DNA of 64,000 bases from the human T2T-CHM13v2.0 reference genome, Homo sapiens (GCA_009914755.4 CP086569.2:21120001-21184000), one strand, 5' to 3'; numbered from the stretch's first letter, positions 24,001 to 39,000 are shown. Notes: generated by a model from the sequence alone, not told the origin. Program-made: numbers and translations.

Positions 24001-27000
24001 GAAGCTGCAGACCTTACTGGTGAGTGTTACAGCACTTAAAGGTGTTATTTCCAGAGTTTGTTCCTTCAGATGTGTCCAGAGTTTCTTCCTTCTGGCAGGT
24101 TCATGGTCTTGTTCACTTCACTAATGAAGCTGCAGACCTTACTAGTGAGTGTTACAGCACTTAAAGGTGTTATGTCCAGAGTTTTTTCCTTCAGATGTGT
24201 CGAGAGTTTCTGTCTTTTGGCAGGTTCATGTTCTTGCTCACTTCAAGAACGAAGCTGCAGACCTTAGTGGTGAGTGTTACAGCACTTAAAGGTGTTATGT
24301 CCAGAATTATTTCCTTCAGATGTGTCCAGAGTTTCTCCCGTCTGGCAGGTTCATGGTCTTGCTCACTTCAAGTATGAAGCTGCACACCTTAGTGTTGAGT
24401 GTTACAGCACTTAAAGATGTTATGTCCAGAGTTTGTTCCTTCAGAAGTGTCCAGAGTTTCTTCCTTCTTGCAGGTTCGTGGTCTTGCTCACTTCCTTAAT
24501 GAAGCTGCAGATCTTACTGGTGATTGTTACAGCACTTAAAGGTGTTATGTCCTGAGTTTTTTCCTTCAGATGTGTCCAGTGTTTCTTCCTTCTGGCAGGT
24601 TCATAGTCTTGCTCACTTCAAGAATGAAGCTGCAGACTATTTTGGTGAGTGTTACAGCAGTTAAAGATGTTATGTCCAGAATTTGTTCCTTCAGATGTGT
24701 CCAGAGTTTCTTCCTTCTGGCAGGTTCATAGTCTTGCTCACTTCAAGAATGAAGCTGCAGACCTTACTGGTGAGTGTTACGGCACTTAAAGGTGTTATGT
24801 CCAGAGTTTGGTCCTTCAGATGCGTCCACAGTTTCTTTCTTCTTGCAGGTTCATTGTCTTGCTCATTTCAAGAATGAAGCTGCAGACCTTAGTGGTGAGT
24901 GTTACAGCATTTAAAGGTGTTATGTCCAGGGTTTGTTCATTCAGATGTGTCCAGAGTGCCTTCCTTCTGGCAGGTTCATGCTCTTGCTCACTTCACTAAT
25001 GAAGCTGCAGACCTTACTGGTGAGTGTTACAGCACTTAAAGGTGTTATGTCCAGAGTTTGTTCCTTCAGATGTGCCCAGGGTTTCTGTCTTCTGGCAGGT
25101 TTATGGTCTTGCTCACTTCAAGAATGAAGCCCCTGACCTTAGTGGTGAGTGTTACATCACTTAATGGTGTTATGTCCAGAGTTTTTTCCTTCAGATGTCT
25201 AGCATTTCTTCCTTCTGGCAGGTTCATGGTGTTGCTCAATTCAAGAATGAAGCTGCAGACATTACTGTTGAGTGTTAAGGCACTTAAAGGTGTTATGTAC
25301 AGAGTTTGTTCCTTCAGATATGTCCAGAGTTTCTTCCTTCTGGCAGGTTCATGGTGTTCCTCACTTCAAGAATGAAGCTGCAGACCTTAGTGTTGAGTGT
25401 TACAGCAGTTAAAGGTGCTATGTCCAGAGATTTTTCCTTCAGATATCTCCAGAGTTTCTTCCTTCTGGCAGGTTCGTGGTCTTGTTCACTTCAAGAATGA
25501 TGCTGCAGACCTTAGTGGTGAGTGTTACAGCACTGAAAGGTGTTATGTCCAGAGTTTGTTCCTTCAGAGGTATCCAGAGTTTCTTCCTTCTAGCAGGTTT
25601 ATGGTTTTGCTCACTTTAAGAATGAAGCTGCAGACCTTACTGGTGAGTGTTACATAGCTTAAAGTTGTTATGTCCAGAGTTTGTTCCTTCAGATGTGTCC
25701 AGAGTTTCTTCCTTCTGGCAGGTTCATGGTCTTGCTCACTTCAAGAATGAAGCTGCAGACCTTAGTGTTGAGTGTTACAGCACTTAAAGGTGTTATGTCC
25801 AGAGTTTGTTCCTTCAGATGTGTCCAGAGTTTCTTCCTTCTGGCATGTTCATGGTCTTTCTCACTTCAAGAATGAAGCTGCAGATCGTACTGGTGAGTGT
25901 TACAGCACTTAAAGGTGTTATGTCCGGAGTTTGTTTCTGCAGATGTGTCCAGATTTTCTTCCTTCTGGCAGGTTAATGCTCTTTCTCACTTCAACAATGA
26001 AGCTGCAGACCTTAGTGGTGAGTGTTACAGCAGTTAAAGGTGTTATGTCCAGAGTTTGTTCCTTCAGATGTGTCAAGTGTTTCTTCCTTCAGGCAGGTTC
26101 GTGGTCTTGCTCACTTCCTTAATGAAGCTGCAGACCTTACTGTTGAGTGTTACAGCACTTAAAGGTGTTATGTCCAGAGTTTGGTCCTTCAGATGTGTCC
26201 AGAGTTACTTCCTTCTGGCAGGTTCATGGTCTTGCTCACTTCAAGAATGAAGCTGCAGACCCTTGCGGTGAGTGTTGCAGCACTTAAAGTGTTATGTCCA
26301 GAGTTTGTTCCTTCAGATGTGTCCAGAGTTTCTTCCTTCTGGCAGGTTCACGGTCTTGCTCACTTCAAGATTGAAGCTGCAGACCATACTGGTGAGTGTT
26401 ACTGCACTTTAAGTTGTTATGTCCAGAGTTTGTTCCCTCAGATGTGTCCAGAGTTCCTTCTTTCTGGCAGGTTCATGATCTTGCTCACTTCAAGAATGAA
26501 GCTGCAGACCTTTGCGGTGAGTGTTACAACACCTAAAGGTGTTATATCCAGAGTTTGTTCCTTCAGATGTGTCCAGAGTTTCTTCCTTCTGGCAGGTTCA
26601 CGGTCTTGCTCACTTCAGGAATGAAGCTGTAGACCTTAGTGGTGAGTGTTACAGCACTTAAATGTGTTATGTCCAGAGTTTGTTCCTTCAGATGTGTCCA
26701 GAGTTTCTTCCTTCTGGCAGGTTCGTGGTCTTGCTCACTTCCTTAATGAAGCTGCAGACCTTACTGGTGAGTGTTACAGCACTTAAAGTTGTTATGTCCA
26801 GAGTTTTTTCTTCAGATGTGTCCAGAGTTTCTTCCTTCTGTCAGTTTCGTGGTCTTCCTCACTTCAAGAATGAAGCTGCAGACCTTACTGGTGAGTGTTA
26901 CAGCACTTAAAGGTGTTATGTCCAGAGTTTGTTCCTTCAGATGTGTCCAGAGTGTCTTCCTTCTGGAAGGTTCATGGTCTTGCTCACTTCACTAATGAAG

Positions 27001-30000
27001 CTGCAGACCTTACTGGTGAGTTTTACAGCACTTAAAGGTGTTATGTCCAGAGTTTTTCCTTAAGATGTGTCCAGCGTTTCTTCCTTCTTGCAGGTTCATG
27101 GTCTTGCTCACTTCAAGAATGAAGCTGCAGACTTTACTGTTGAGTGTTAAAGCACTTAAAGGTGTTATATCCAGAGTTTGTTCCTTCAGAAGTGTCCAGA
27201 GTTTCTTCCTTCTGGCAGGTTCATGGTCTTGCTCACTTCAAGAATGAATCTGCAGACTTTTGTGGTGAGTGTTACAGCAGTTAAAGATGTTATGTCCAGA
27301 ATTTCTTCCTTCAGATGTGTCCAGAGTTTCTTCCTTCTGGCAGGTTCATGGTCTTGCTCACTTCAAGAATGAAGCTGCAGACCTTACTGGTGAGTGTTAC
27401 AGCACTTAAAGCTGTTATGTCCAGAGTTTGTTCCTTCAGATGTGTCCAGAGTTTCTTCCTTCTGGCAGGTTCGTGGTCTTCCTCACTTCAAGAATGAAGC
27501 TGCAGACCTTTCTGGTGAGTGTTACAGCACTTAAAGGTGTTATGTCCAGAGTTTGTTCCTTCAGATGTGTCCATTGTGTCTTCCTTCTGGCAGGTTCATG
27601 GTCTTGCTCACTTCACTAATTAAGTTGCAGACCTTACTGGTGAGTGTTACAGGACTTAAAGGTGTTATGTCCAGAGTTTTTTCCTTCAGATGTGTCCAGG
27701 GTTTCTGTCTTCTGGCAGGTTCATGGTCTTGCTCACTTCAAGAATGAAGCTGCCGACATTAGTGGTGAGTGTTACAGCACTTCAAGTTGTTATGTCCAGA
27801 GTTTTTTCCTTCAGATGTGTGCAGCGTTTCTTCCTTCTGGCAGGTTCATGATCTTGCTCGCTTCAAGAATGAAGCTACAGACCTTACTGTTGAGTGTTAA
27901 AGCACTTAAAGGTGTTATATGCTGAGTTTGTTCCTTCAGATGTGTCCAGAGTTTCTTCCTTCTGGCAGGTTCATGGTGTTACTCACTTCAACAATGAAGC
28001 TGCAGACCTTAGTGTTGAGTGTTACAGCACTTAAAGGTGTTATATCCCGAGTTTGTTCCTTCAGATGTGTCTAGAGTTTCTTCCTTCTGACAGCTTCACG
28101 GTCTTGCTCACTTCAAGAATGAAGCTGCAGACCTTACGGGTGAGTGTTACAGCATTTTAAGGTGTGATGTCCAGAGCTTTTTCCTTCAGATGTGTCCAGA
28201 GTTTCTTCCTACTGGCAGGTTCATGGTCTTGGTCACTTCAAGAATGAAGGTGCAGACCTTACTGGTGCGTGTTACAGCACTTAAAAGTGTTATGTCCAGA
28301 GTTTGTTCCTTCAGATGTGTCCAGAGTTTCTTCCTTCCGGCAGGTTCATGGTCTTGCTCACTTCAAGAATGAAGCTGCAGACCTTAGTGGTGAGTGTTAA
28401 AGCACTTAAAGGTGTTATGTCCGGAGTTTGTTCCTTCAGATGTGTCCAGAGTTTCTTCCTTCTGGGAGGTTCAGGGTCTTGCTCACTTCAATAATGAAGC
28501 TGCAGACCTTAATGGGGAGTGTTACACACTTAAAGGTGTTTTGTCCATAGTTTGTTCCTTCAGATGTGTCCAGAGTTTCTTCCTTCTAGCAGGTTCATTG
28601 TCTTGCTCATTTCAAGAATTAAGCCGCAGACCTTACTGGTGAGTGTTACAGCACTTAAAGCTGTTATGTGCAGAGTTTTTTCCTCCAGATGTTTCCAGAG
28701 TTTCTTCCTTCTGGCAGGTTCGTGGTCTTGCTCACTTCTTTAATGAAGCTGCGGACCTTACTGGTGAGTGCTACAGCACTTAAAGGTGTTATGTCCAGAG
28801 TTTCTTTCTTCAGATGTGTCAAGAGTTTCTTCCTTCTGGCAGTTTCGTGGTCTTCCTCACTTCTAGAATGTAGCTGCAGACCTTACTGGTGAGTTTTACA
28901 GCTCTTTAAGGTGTTATGTCCAGAGTTTTTTCCTTCAGATCTGTCCGGAGTTTTTTCCTACTGGTAGGTTCATGGTCTTGGTCACGTCAAGAATGAAGCT
29001 GCAGACCTTACTGTTGAGTTTTAAAGCACTTAAAGGTGTTAGGTCCAGAGTTTGTTCCTTCAGATGTGTCCAGAGTTTCTTCCTTCTGGCAGGTTCATGG
29101 TCTTGCTCACTTCAAGAATGAAGCTGCAGACCTTAGTGGTGAGTGTTACAGCAATTAAAGGTGGTATGTCCAGAGTTTTTTCCTTCAGATGTGTCCAGAG
29201 TGTCTTCCTTCTGGCAGGTTCATGGTCTTGCTCACTTCACTAATGAAGCTGCAGACCTTACTGGTGAGTGCTACAGCACTTAAAGGTGTTATGTCCAGAG
29301 TTTGTTCCTTCAGATGTGTCCAGGGTTTCTGTCTTCTGGCAGGTTCATGGTCTTGCTCACTTCAAGAATGAAGCTGCCGACCTTAATGGTGAGTGTTACA
29401 GCAGTTAAAGCTGATATGTCCAGAGTTTTTTCCTTCAGATGTGTCCAGAGTTTCTTCCTTCTGGCAGCTTCATGGTGTTGCTCACTTCAAGAATGAAGCT
29501 GCAGACCTTAGTGTTGAGTGTTACAGCACTTAAAGGTGTTATGTCCAGAGTTTGTTCCTTCAGATGTGTCCAGAGTTTCTTCCTTCTTGCAGGTTCCTGA
29601 TCTTGCTCACTTCCTTAATGAAGCTGCAGACCTTACTGGTGAGTGTTACAGCACTTAAAGGTGTTATGTCCAGAGTTTGTTCCTTCAGATGTGTCCAGGG
29701 TTTCTTCCTTCTGTCAGGTTCATGGTCTTGCTCACTTCAAGAATGAAGCTGCAGACCTTACTGGTGAGTGTTACAGCACTTAAAGCTGTTATGTCCAGAG
29801 TTTGTTCCTTCAGATGTTTCCAGAGTATCTTCCTTCTGGCAGGTTCGTGGTCTTGCTAACTTCTTTAATGAAGCTGCAGACCTTACTGGTGAGTGTTACA
29901 GCACTTAAAGGTGTTATGTCCAGAGTTTTTTTCTTCAGATGTGTCCAGAGTTTCTTCCTTCTGGCAGTTTCGTGGTCTTCCTCACTTCAAGAATGAAGCT

Positions 30001-33000
30001 GCAGACCTTACTAGTGAGTTTTACAGCACTTAAAGGTGTTATGTACAGAGTTTGTTCATTCAGATGTGTCCAGAGTGTCTTCCTTCTGGCAGGTTCATGG
30101 TCTTGCTCACTTCACTAATGAAGCTGCAGACCTTACTGGTGAGTGTTACAGCACTTAAAGGTGTTATGTCCAGAGTTTGTTCCTTCAGATGTGTCCAGAG
30201 TTTCTTCCTTCTAGCGGGTTCATTGTCTTGCTCATTTCAAGAATTAAGCTGCAGACTTAGTTGTGAGTGTTACAGCACTTAAAGCTGTTATGTCCAGAGT
30301 TTGTTCCTTCAGATGTGTCAAGAGTTTCTTCCTTCTGGCAGGTTCATTGTGTTGCTCAATTCAAGAAAGAAGCTGCAGAACTTACTGGTGAGTGTTACAG
30401 CACTTAAATCTGTTATTTCCAGAGTTTGTTCCTTCAGATGTTTCCAGAGTTTCTTCCTTCTGGCAGGTTCGTGGTCTTGCTCACTTCTTTAATGAAGCTG
30501 CAGACCTTACTGGTGAGTGTTACAGCACTTAAAGGTGTTATGTCCAGAGTTTGTTCCTTCAGATGTGTCCAGAGTTTCTTCTTTCTTGCACGTTCGTGGT
30601 CTTGCTCACTTCCTTAATGAAGCTGCAGACCTTTCTGGTGAGTGTTACAGCACTTAAAGGTGTTATGTCCACAGTTTTTTCCTTCAGATGTGTCCAGTGT
30701 TTCTTCCTTCTGGCAGGTTCATGGTCTTGCTCATTTCAAGAATGGAGCTGCAGACTTTTGTGTTGAGTGTTACAGCAGTTAAAGTTGTTATGTCCAGAAT
30801 TTGTTCCTTCTGATGGGTCCAGTGTTTCTTCCTTCTGGCAGTTTCATGGTCTTTCTCACTTCAAGAATGGAGCTGCAGACCTTACTGGTGAGTGTTACAG
30901 CACTTAAAGGTGTTATGTCCAGAGATTGTTCCTTCAGATGCGTCCAGAGTTTCTACCTTCTGGCAGGTTCATGGTCTTGGTCACTTCAAGAATGAAGGTG
31001 CAGACCTTAGTGGTGAGTGTGACAGCACTTAAAGGTGTTATATCCAGACTTTGTTCCTTCAGATATATCCAGAGTTTCTTCCTTCTGGCAGGTTCATTGT
31101 CTTGCTCATTTCAAGAATGAAGCTGCAGACCTTAGTGGTGAGTTTTACAGCACTTAAAGGTGTTATGTCCTGACTTTGTTCCTTCAGATGTGTCCAGCGT
31201 TTCTTCCTTCTGGCAGGTTCATGATCTTTCTCACTTCAAGAATGAAGCTACAGACCTTACTGTTGAGTGTTAAGGCACTTAAACGTGTTATGTCCATAGT
31301 TTGTTCCTTCAGATGTGTCCAGAGTTTCTTCCTTCTGGCAGATTCATGGTCTTGCTCACTTCAAGAATGAAGCTGCAGACCTTAGTGTTGAGTGTTACAG
31401 CACTTAAAGGTGTTATGTCCAGAGTTTTTTCCTTCAGATATGTCCAGCGTTTCTTCCTTCTGGCAGGTTCATGGTGTTGCTCACTTCAAGAATGAAGCTG
31501 CAGACCTTACTGTTGAGTGTTAAAGCACTTAAAGGTGTTATCTCCAGAGTTTGTTCCTTCAGATGTGTCCAGAGTTTCTTCCTTCTGGCAGGTTCATGGT
31601 GTTGCTCCCTTCAAGAATGAAGCTGCAGACCTTAGTGTTGAGTGTTACAGCACTTAAAGGTGTTATGTCCAGAGTTTGTTCCTTCAGATGTGTCCAGAGT
31701 TTCTTCCTTCTTGCAGGTTCGTGGTCTTGCTCACTTCCTTAATGTAGCTGCAGACCTTCCTGGTGAGTATTACAGCACTTAAAGGTGTTATGTCCAGAGT
31801 TTGTTCCTTAAGATGTGTCCAGTGTTTCTTCCTTCTGGCAGGTTCATGGTGTTACTCACTTCAAGAATGAAGCTGCAGACCTTACTGGTGAGTGTTACAG
31901 CAGTTAAAGTTGTTATGTCCAGAATTTGTTCCTTCAGATGTGTCCAGTGTTTCTTCCTTCTGGCAGGTTCATGGTCTTGCTCACTTCAAGAATGAAGCTG
32001 CAGACCTTACTGGTGAGTGTTACAGCACTTAAAGCTGTTATGTCCAGAGTTTGTTCCTTCAGATGTTTCCAGAGTTTCTTCCTTCTGGCAGGGTCGTGGT
32101 CTTGCTCCCTTCTTTAATGAAGCTGCAGACCTTACTGGTGAGTGTTACAGCACTTAAAGGTGTTATGTCCAGAGTTTTTTCCTTCAGATGTGTCCGGAGT
32201 TTCTTCCTACTGGTAGGTTCATGGTCTTGGTCACTTCAAGAATGAAGCTGCAGACCTTACTGTTGAGTTTTAAAGCACTTAAAGATGTTATGTCCAGAGT
32301 TTGTTCCTTCAGATATGTCCAGAGTTTCTTCCTTCTGGCAGGTTCATGGTCTTGCTCACTTCAAGAATGAAGCTGCAGACCTTAGTGGTGAGTGTTTCAG
32401 CAATTAAAGGTGTTATGTCCAGAGTTTGTTCCTTCAGATGTGTCCAGAGTGTCTTCCTTCTGGCAGGTTCATGGTCTTGCTCACTTCACTAATGAAGCTG
32501 CAGACCTTACTGGTGATTGTTACAGCACTTAAAGGTGTTATGTCTAGAGTTTCTTCCTTCAGATGTGTCCAGAGTTTCTTCCTTCTAGCAGGTTCATTGT
32601 CTTGCTCATTTCAAGAATTAAGCTGCAGACCTTACTTGTGAGTGTTAAAGCACTTAAAGGTGTTGTGTCCAGAGTTTTTTCCTTCAGATGTGTCCAGAGT
32701 TTCTTCCTTCTGGCAGGTTCATGGTGATGCTCACTTCAAGAATGAAGCTGCAGAACTTACTGGTGAGTGTTACAGCACTTAAAGGTGTTATTTCCAGAGT
32801 TTGTTTCCTCAGATGTGTCCAGAGTTTCTTCCTTCTGGCAGTTTCGTGGTCTTCCTCACTTCAAGAATGAAGCTGCAGTACTTACTGGTGAGTGTTACAG
32901 CACTTAAAGGGGTTATGTCCACAGTTTGTTCCTTCATATGTGTCCATTGTGTCCTCCTTCTGGCAGGTTCATGGTCTTGCTCACTTCACTAATGAAGCTG

Positions 33001-36000
33001 CAGACCTTACTGGTGAGTGTTACAGCACTTAAAGGTGTTATATCCAGAGTTTTTTCCTTCAGATGTGTCCAGGGTTTCTGTCTTCTGGCAGGTTCATGTC
33101 TTGCTCACTTCAAGAATGAAGCTGCCGACCTTAGTGGTGAGTGTTACAGCACTTAAAGGTGTTATGTCCAGACTTTGTTCCTTCAGATGTGTCCAGCGTT
33201 TCTTCCCTCTGGCAGGTTCATGATCTTTCTCACTTCAAGAATGAAGCTGCAGACCTTACTGTTGAATGTTAAGGCACTTAAAGGCGTTATGTCCATAGTT
33301 TGTTCCTTCAGATGTGTCCAGCGTTTCTTCCTTCTGGCAGATTCATGGTCTTGCTCACTTCAAGAATGAAGCTGCAGACCTTACTGTTGAGTGTTACAGC
33401 ACTTAAAGGTGTTATGTCCAGAGTTTTTTCCTTCAGATGTGTCCAGCGTTTCTTCCTTCTGGCAGGTTCATCGTCTTGCTCACTTCAAGAATGAAGCTGC
33501 AGACCTTACTGTTGAGTGTTAAAGCACTTAAAGGTGTTATCTCCAGAGTTTGTTCCTTCAGATGTGTCCAGAGTTTCTTCCTTCTGGCAGGTTCATGGTG
33601 TTGCTCACTTCAAGAATGAAGCTGCAGACCTTAGTGTTGAGTGTTACAGCACTTAAAGGTGTTATGTCCAGAGTTTGTTCCTTCAGATGTGTCCAGAGTT
33701 TCTTCCTTCTTGCAGGTTCGTGGTCTTGCTCACTTCCTTAATGAAGCTGCAGACCTTCCTGGTGAGTGTTACAGCACTTAAAGGTGTTATGTCCAGAGTT
33801 TGTTCCTTCAGATGTGTCCAGTGTTTCTTCCTTCTGGCAGGTTCATGGTGTTGCTCACTTCAAGAATGAAGCTGCAGACTTTTGTGGTGAGTGTTACAGC
33901 AGTTAAAGTTGTTATGTCCAGAATTTGTTCCTTCAGATGTGTCCAGTGTTTCTTCCTTCTGGCAGGTTCATGGTCTTGCTCACTTCAAGAATGAAGCTGC
34001 AGACCTTACTGGTTTGTGTTACAGCACTTAAAGCTGTTATGTCCAGTGTTTGTTCCTTCAGATGTTTCCAGAGTTTCTTCCTTCTGGCAGGTTCGTGGTC
34101 TTGCTCACTTCTTTAATGAAGCTGCAGACCTTACTGGTGAGTGTTACAGCACTTAAAGGTGTTATGTCCAGAGTTTTTTCTTCAGATGTGTCTAGAGTTT
34201 CTTCCTTCTGGCAGGTTCATGGTGTTGCTCACTTCAAGAATGAAGCTGCAGACCTTACTGGTGAGTGTTACAGCACTTAAAGCTGTTATGTCCAGAGTTT
34301 GTATCTTCAGATGTTTCCAGAGTTTCTTCCTTCTGGCAGGGTCGTGGTCTTGCTCACTTCTTTAATGAAGCTGCAGACCTTACTGGTGAGTGTTACAGCA
34401 CTTAAAGGTGTTATGTCCAGAGTTTTTTCTTCAGATGTGTCCAGACTTTCTTCCTTCTGGCAGTTTCGTGGTCTTCCTCACTTCAAGAATGAAGCTGCAG
34501 ACCTTAGTGGTGAGTGTTACAGCTCTTTAAGTTGTTATGTCCAGAGTTTTTTCCTTCAGATGTGTCCGGAGTTTCTTCCTACTGGTAGGTTCATGGTCTT
34601 GGTCACTTCAAGTATGAAGCTGCAGTCGTTACTGTTGAGTTTTAAAGCACTTAAAGGTGTTATGTCCAGAGTTTGCTCCTTCAGATGTGTCCAGAGTTTC
34701 TTCCTTCTGGCAGGTTCATGGTGATGCTCACTTCAAGAATGAAGCTGCAGAACTTACTGGTGAATGTTACAGCACTTAAAGGTGTTATGTCCAGAGTTTG
34801 TTTCCTCAGATGTGTCCAGAGTTTCTTCCTTCTGGCAGTTTCGTGGTCTTCCTCACTTCAAGAATGAAGCTGCAGAACTTACTGGTTTGTGTTACAGCAC
34901 TTAAAGGGGTTATGTCCACAGTTTGTTCCTTCATATGTGTCCATTGTGTCCTCGTTCTGGCAGGCTCATGGTCTTGCTCACTTCACTAATGAAGCTGCAG
35001 ACCTTACTGGTGAGTGTTACAGCACTTAAAGGTGTTATATCCAGAGTATTTTCCTTCAGATGTGTCCAGGTTTTCTGTCTTCTGGCAGGTTCATGTCTTG
35101 CTCACTTCAAGAATGAAGCTGCCGACCTTAGTGGTGAATGTTACAGCACTTCAATGTGTTATGTCCAGAGTTTTTTCCTTCAGATGTGTCCAGTGTTTCT
35201 TCCTTCTGGCAGGTTCTTGGTCTTGCTCACTTAGAGAATGAAGCTGCAGACCTTACTGTTGAGTGTTAAGGCACTTAAAGGTGTTATGTCCAGAGTTTCT
35301 TCCTTCAGATGTGTCCAGAGTTTCTTCCTTCTGGCAGGTTCATGGTGTTGCTCACTTCAAGAATGAAGCTGCAGACCTCAGTGTTGAGTGTTACAGCACT
35401 TAAAGATGTTATGTCCAGAGTTTTCTCCTTCAGATATGTCCAGCGTTTCTTCCTACTGGCAGGTTCATGGTCTTGCACACTTCAAGAATGAAGCTGCAGA
35501 CCTTACTGTTGAGTTTCAAAGCACTTAAATTTGTTAGGTGCAGAGTTTTTTCCTTCAGATGTGTCCAGAGTTTCTTCCTTCTGGCAGGTTCACGGTGTTG
35601 CTCACTTCAAGAATGAAGCTGCAGACCTTAGTGTTGAGTGTTACAGCACTTAAAGGTGTTATGTCCAGAGTTTTTTCCTTCAGATGTGTCTAGCGTTTCT
35701 TCCCTCTGGCAGGTTCATCGTCTTGCTCACTTCAAGAATGAAGCTGCAGACCTTACTGTTGAGTGTTAAAGCACTTAAAGGTATTATCTCCAGAGTTTGT
35801 TCCTTCAGATGTGTCCAGAGTTTCTTCCTTCTGAGAGGTTCATGGTGTTGCTGACTTCAAGAATGAAGCTGTAGACGTTAGTGTTGAGTGTTACAGCACT
35901 TAAAGGTGTTATGTCCAGAGTTTGTTCCTTCAGATGTCTCCAGTGTTTCTTCCTTCTGGCAGGTTCATGGTCTTGCTCACTTCATGAATGAAGCTGCAGA

Positions 36001-39000
36001 CTTTTGTGGTGAGTGTTACAGCAGTTAAAGTTGTTATGTCCAGAATTTGTTCATTCAGATGTGTCTAGGGTTTCTTCCTTCTGGCAGGTTCATGGTCTTG
36101 CTCACTTCAACAATGAAGCTGCAGACCTTCCTGGTGAGTGTTACAGCACTTAAAGTGTTATGTCCAGTGTTTGTTCCTTCAGATGTGTCCATTGTGTCCC
36201 CTTTCTGGCAGGTTCATGGTCTTGCTCACTTCACTAATGAAGCTGCAGACCTTACTGGTGAGTGTTACAGCACTTAAAGGTGTTATGTCCAGAGTTTGTT
36301 CCTTCAGATGTGTCCAGTGTCTCTTCCTTCTAGCAGGTTCATGGTCTTGCTCACTTCAAGAATGGAGCTGCAGACTTTTGTGGTGAGTGTTACAGCACTT
36401 AAAGGTGTTATGTCCAGAATTTGTTCCTTCAGATGTGTCCAGTGTTTCTTCCTTCTGACAGGTTCATGGACTTGCTCACTTCAAGAATGAAGCTGCAGAC
36501 CTCACTGGTGAGTGTTACAGTACTTAAAGGTGTTATGTCCAGAGTTTGTTCCTTCAGATGCGTCCAGAGTTTCTACCTTCTCTCAGGTTCATGGTCTTGG
36601 TCACTTCAAGAATGAAGGTGCACGCCTTAGTGATGAGTGTTACAGCACTTAAAGGTGTTATGTCCAGACTTTGTTCCTTCAGATATGTCCAGAGTTTCTT
36701 CCTTCTGGCAGGTTCCTTGTCTTGCTGATTTCAAGAATGAAGCTGCAGACCTTAGTGGTGAGAGTTACAGCACTTAAAGGTGTTATGTCCAGACTTTGTT
36801 CCTTCAGATATGTCCAGAGTTTCTTCCTTCTGGCAGGTTCATAGTCTTGCTCACTTCACTAATGAAGCTGAAGACCTTACTGGTGAGTGTTACAGCACTT
36901 AAAGGTGTTATGTCCAGAGTTTGTTCCTTCAGATGTGTCCAGAGTTTCTTCCTTCTGGCAGGTTCATGGTGTTGCTCACTTCAAGAATGAAGCTGCAGAC
37001 CTTAGTGTTGAGTGTTACAGCACTTTAAGGTGTTATGTCCAGAGTTTTTTCCTTCAGATATGTCCATCGTTTCTTCCTTCTGGCAGGTTCATGGTCTTGC
37101 ACACTTCAAGAATGAAGCTGCATACCTTACTCTTGAGTGTTAAGGCATTTAAAGGTGTTATGTCCAGAGTTTGTTCCTTCAGATGTCTCCAGAGTTTCTT
37201 CCTTCTGGCAGGTTCATGGTGTTGCTCACTTCAAGAATGAAGCTGCAGACCTTAGTGTTGAGTGTTACAGCACTTAAAGGTGTTATGTCCAGAGATTTTT
37301 CCTTCAGATATGTCCAGCGTTTCTTCCTTCTGGCAGGTTCATGGTCTTGCACACTTCAAGAATGAAGCTGCAGACCTTACTGTTGAGTTTTAAAGCTCTT
37401 AAAGGTGTTATGTCCAGAGTTTTTTCCTTCAGATGTGTCCAGAGTTTCTTCCTTCTGGCAGGTTCATGGTGTTGCTCACTTCAAGAATGAAGCTGCAGAC
37501 CTTAGTGTTGCGTGTTACAGCACTTAAAGGTGTTATGTCCAGAGTTTTTTCCTTCAGATGTGTCCAGCGTTTCTTCCTTCTAGCAGGTTCATCGTCTTGC
37601 TCACTTCAAGAATGAAGCTGCAGACCTTACTGGTGAGTGTTACAGCACTTAAAGGTGTTATGTCCAGAGTTTGTTCCTTCAGATGTGTCCAGAGTGTATT
37701 CCTTCTGGCAGGTTCATGGTCTTGCTCCCTTCACTAATGAAGCTGCAGACCTTACTGTGGAGTGTTACAGCACTTAAAGGTGTTTTGTCCAGAGTTTGTT
37801 CCTTCAGATGTGTCCAGAGTTTCTTCCTTCTAGCAGGTTCATTGTCTTGCTCATTTTAAGAATTAAGCTGCAGACCTTAGTGGTGAGTGTTAAGGCACTT
37901 AAAGGTGTTATGTCCAGAGTTTGCTCCTTCAGATGTGTCCAGAGATTCTTCCTTCTGGCAGGTTCATGCTGTTGCTCACTTCAAGAATGAAGCTGCAGAC
38001 CTTACTGGTGAGTGTTACAGCACTTAAAGCTGTTATGTCCAGCGTTTGTTCCTTCAGATATTTCCAGAGTTTCTTCCTTCTGGCAGGCTCGTGGTCTTGC
38101 TAACTTCTATAATGAAGCTGCAGACCTTACTGGTGAGTGTTACAGCACTTAAAGGTGTTATGTCCAGAGTTTGTTTCTTCAGATGTGTCCAGAATTTCTT
38201 CCTTCTGGCAGTTTCGTGGTCTTCCTCACTTCAAGAATGAAGCTGCAGACCTTACTAGTGAGTGTTACAGCACTTAAATGTGTTATGTCCAGAGTTTGTT
38301 CCTTCAGATGTGTCCAGGGTTTCTGTCTTCTGGCAGGTTCATGTCTTGCTCACTTCAAGATTGAAGCTGCCGACCTTAGTGGTGAGTGTTACAGCACTTA
38401 AAGGTGTTAAGTTCCAGAGTTTTTTCCTTCAGATGTGTCCAGTGTTTCTTCCTTCTGGCAGGTTCTTGGTCTTGCTCACTTCAAGAATGAAGCTGCAGAC
38501 CTTACTGTTGAGTGTTAAAGCACTTAAAAGTGTTATCTCCAGAGTTTGTTCCTTCAGATGTGTCCAGAGTTTCTGCCTTCTGGCAGGTTCATGGTGTTGC
38601 TCACTTCAAGAATGAAGCTGCAGACCTTAGTGTTGAGTGTTACAGCACTTAAAGGTGTTATGTCCAGACTTTTTTCCTTCAGATGTGTCCAGAGTTTCTT
38701 CCTTCTTGCAGGTTCGTGGTCTTGCTCACTTCCTTAATGAAGCTGCAGACCTTACTGGTGAGTGTTACAGAACTTAAAGCTGTTATGTCCAGAGTTTGTT
38801 CCTTCAGATGTTTCCAGAGTATCTTCCTTCTGGCAGGTTCGTGGACTTGCTCACTTCTTTAATGAAGCTGCAGACCTAACTGGTGAGTGTTACAGCACTT
38901 AAAGGTGTTATGTCCAGAGTTTCTTTCTTCAGATGTGTCCAGAGTTTCTTCCTTCTGGCAGTTTCCTGGTCTTCCTCACTTCAAGAATGAAGCTGCAGAC

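Noticed and set aside
35491-36047. Gaps in the ORF track (35491-36047, 16578-16938, 27925-28190, 24377-24683) as possible foreign insertions or transposons
   Set aside because: I read the sequence in these gaps and it is ordinary satellite monomers. The gaps reflect point variants that create stops or remove start codons.
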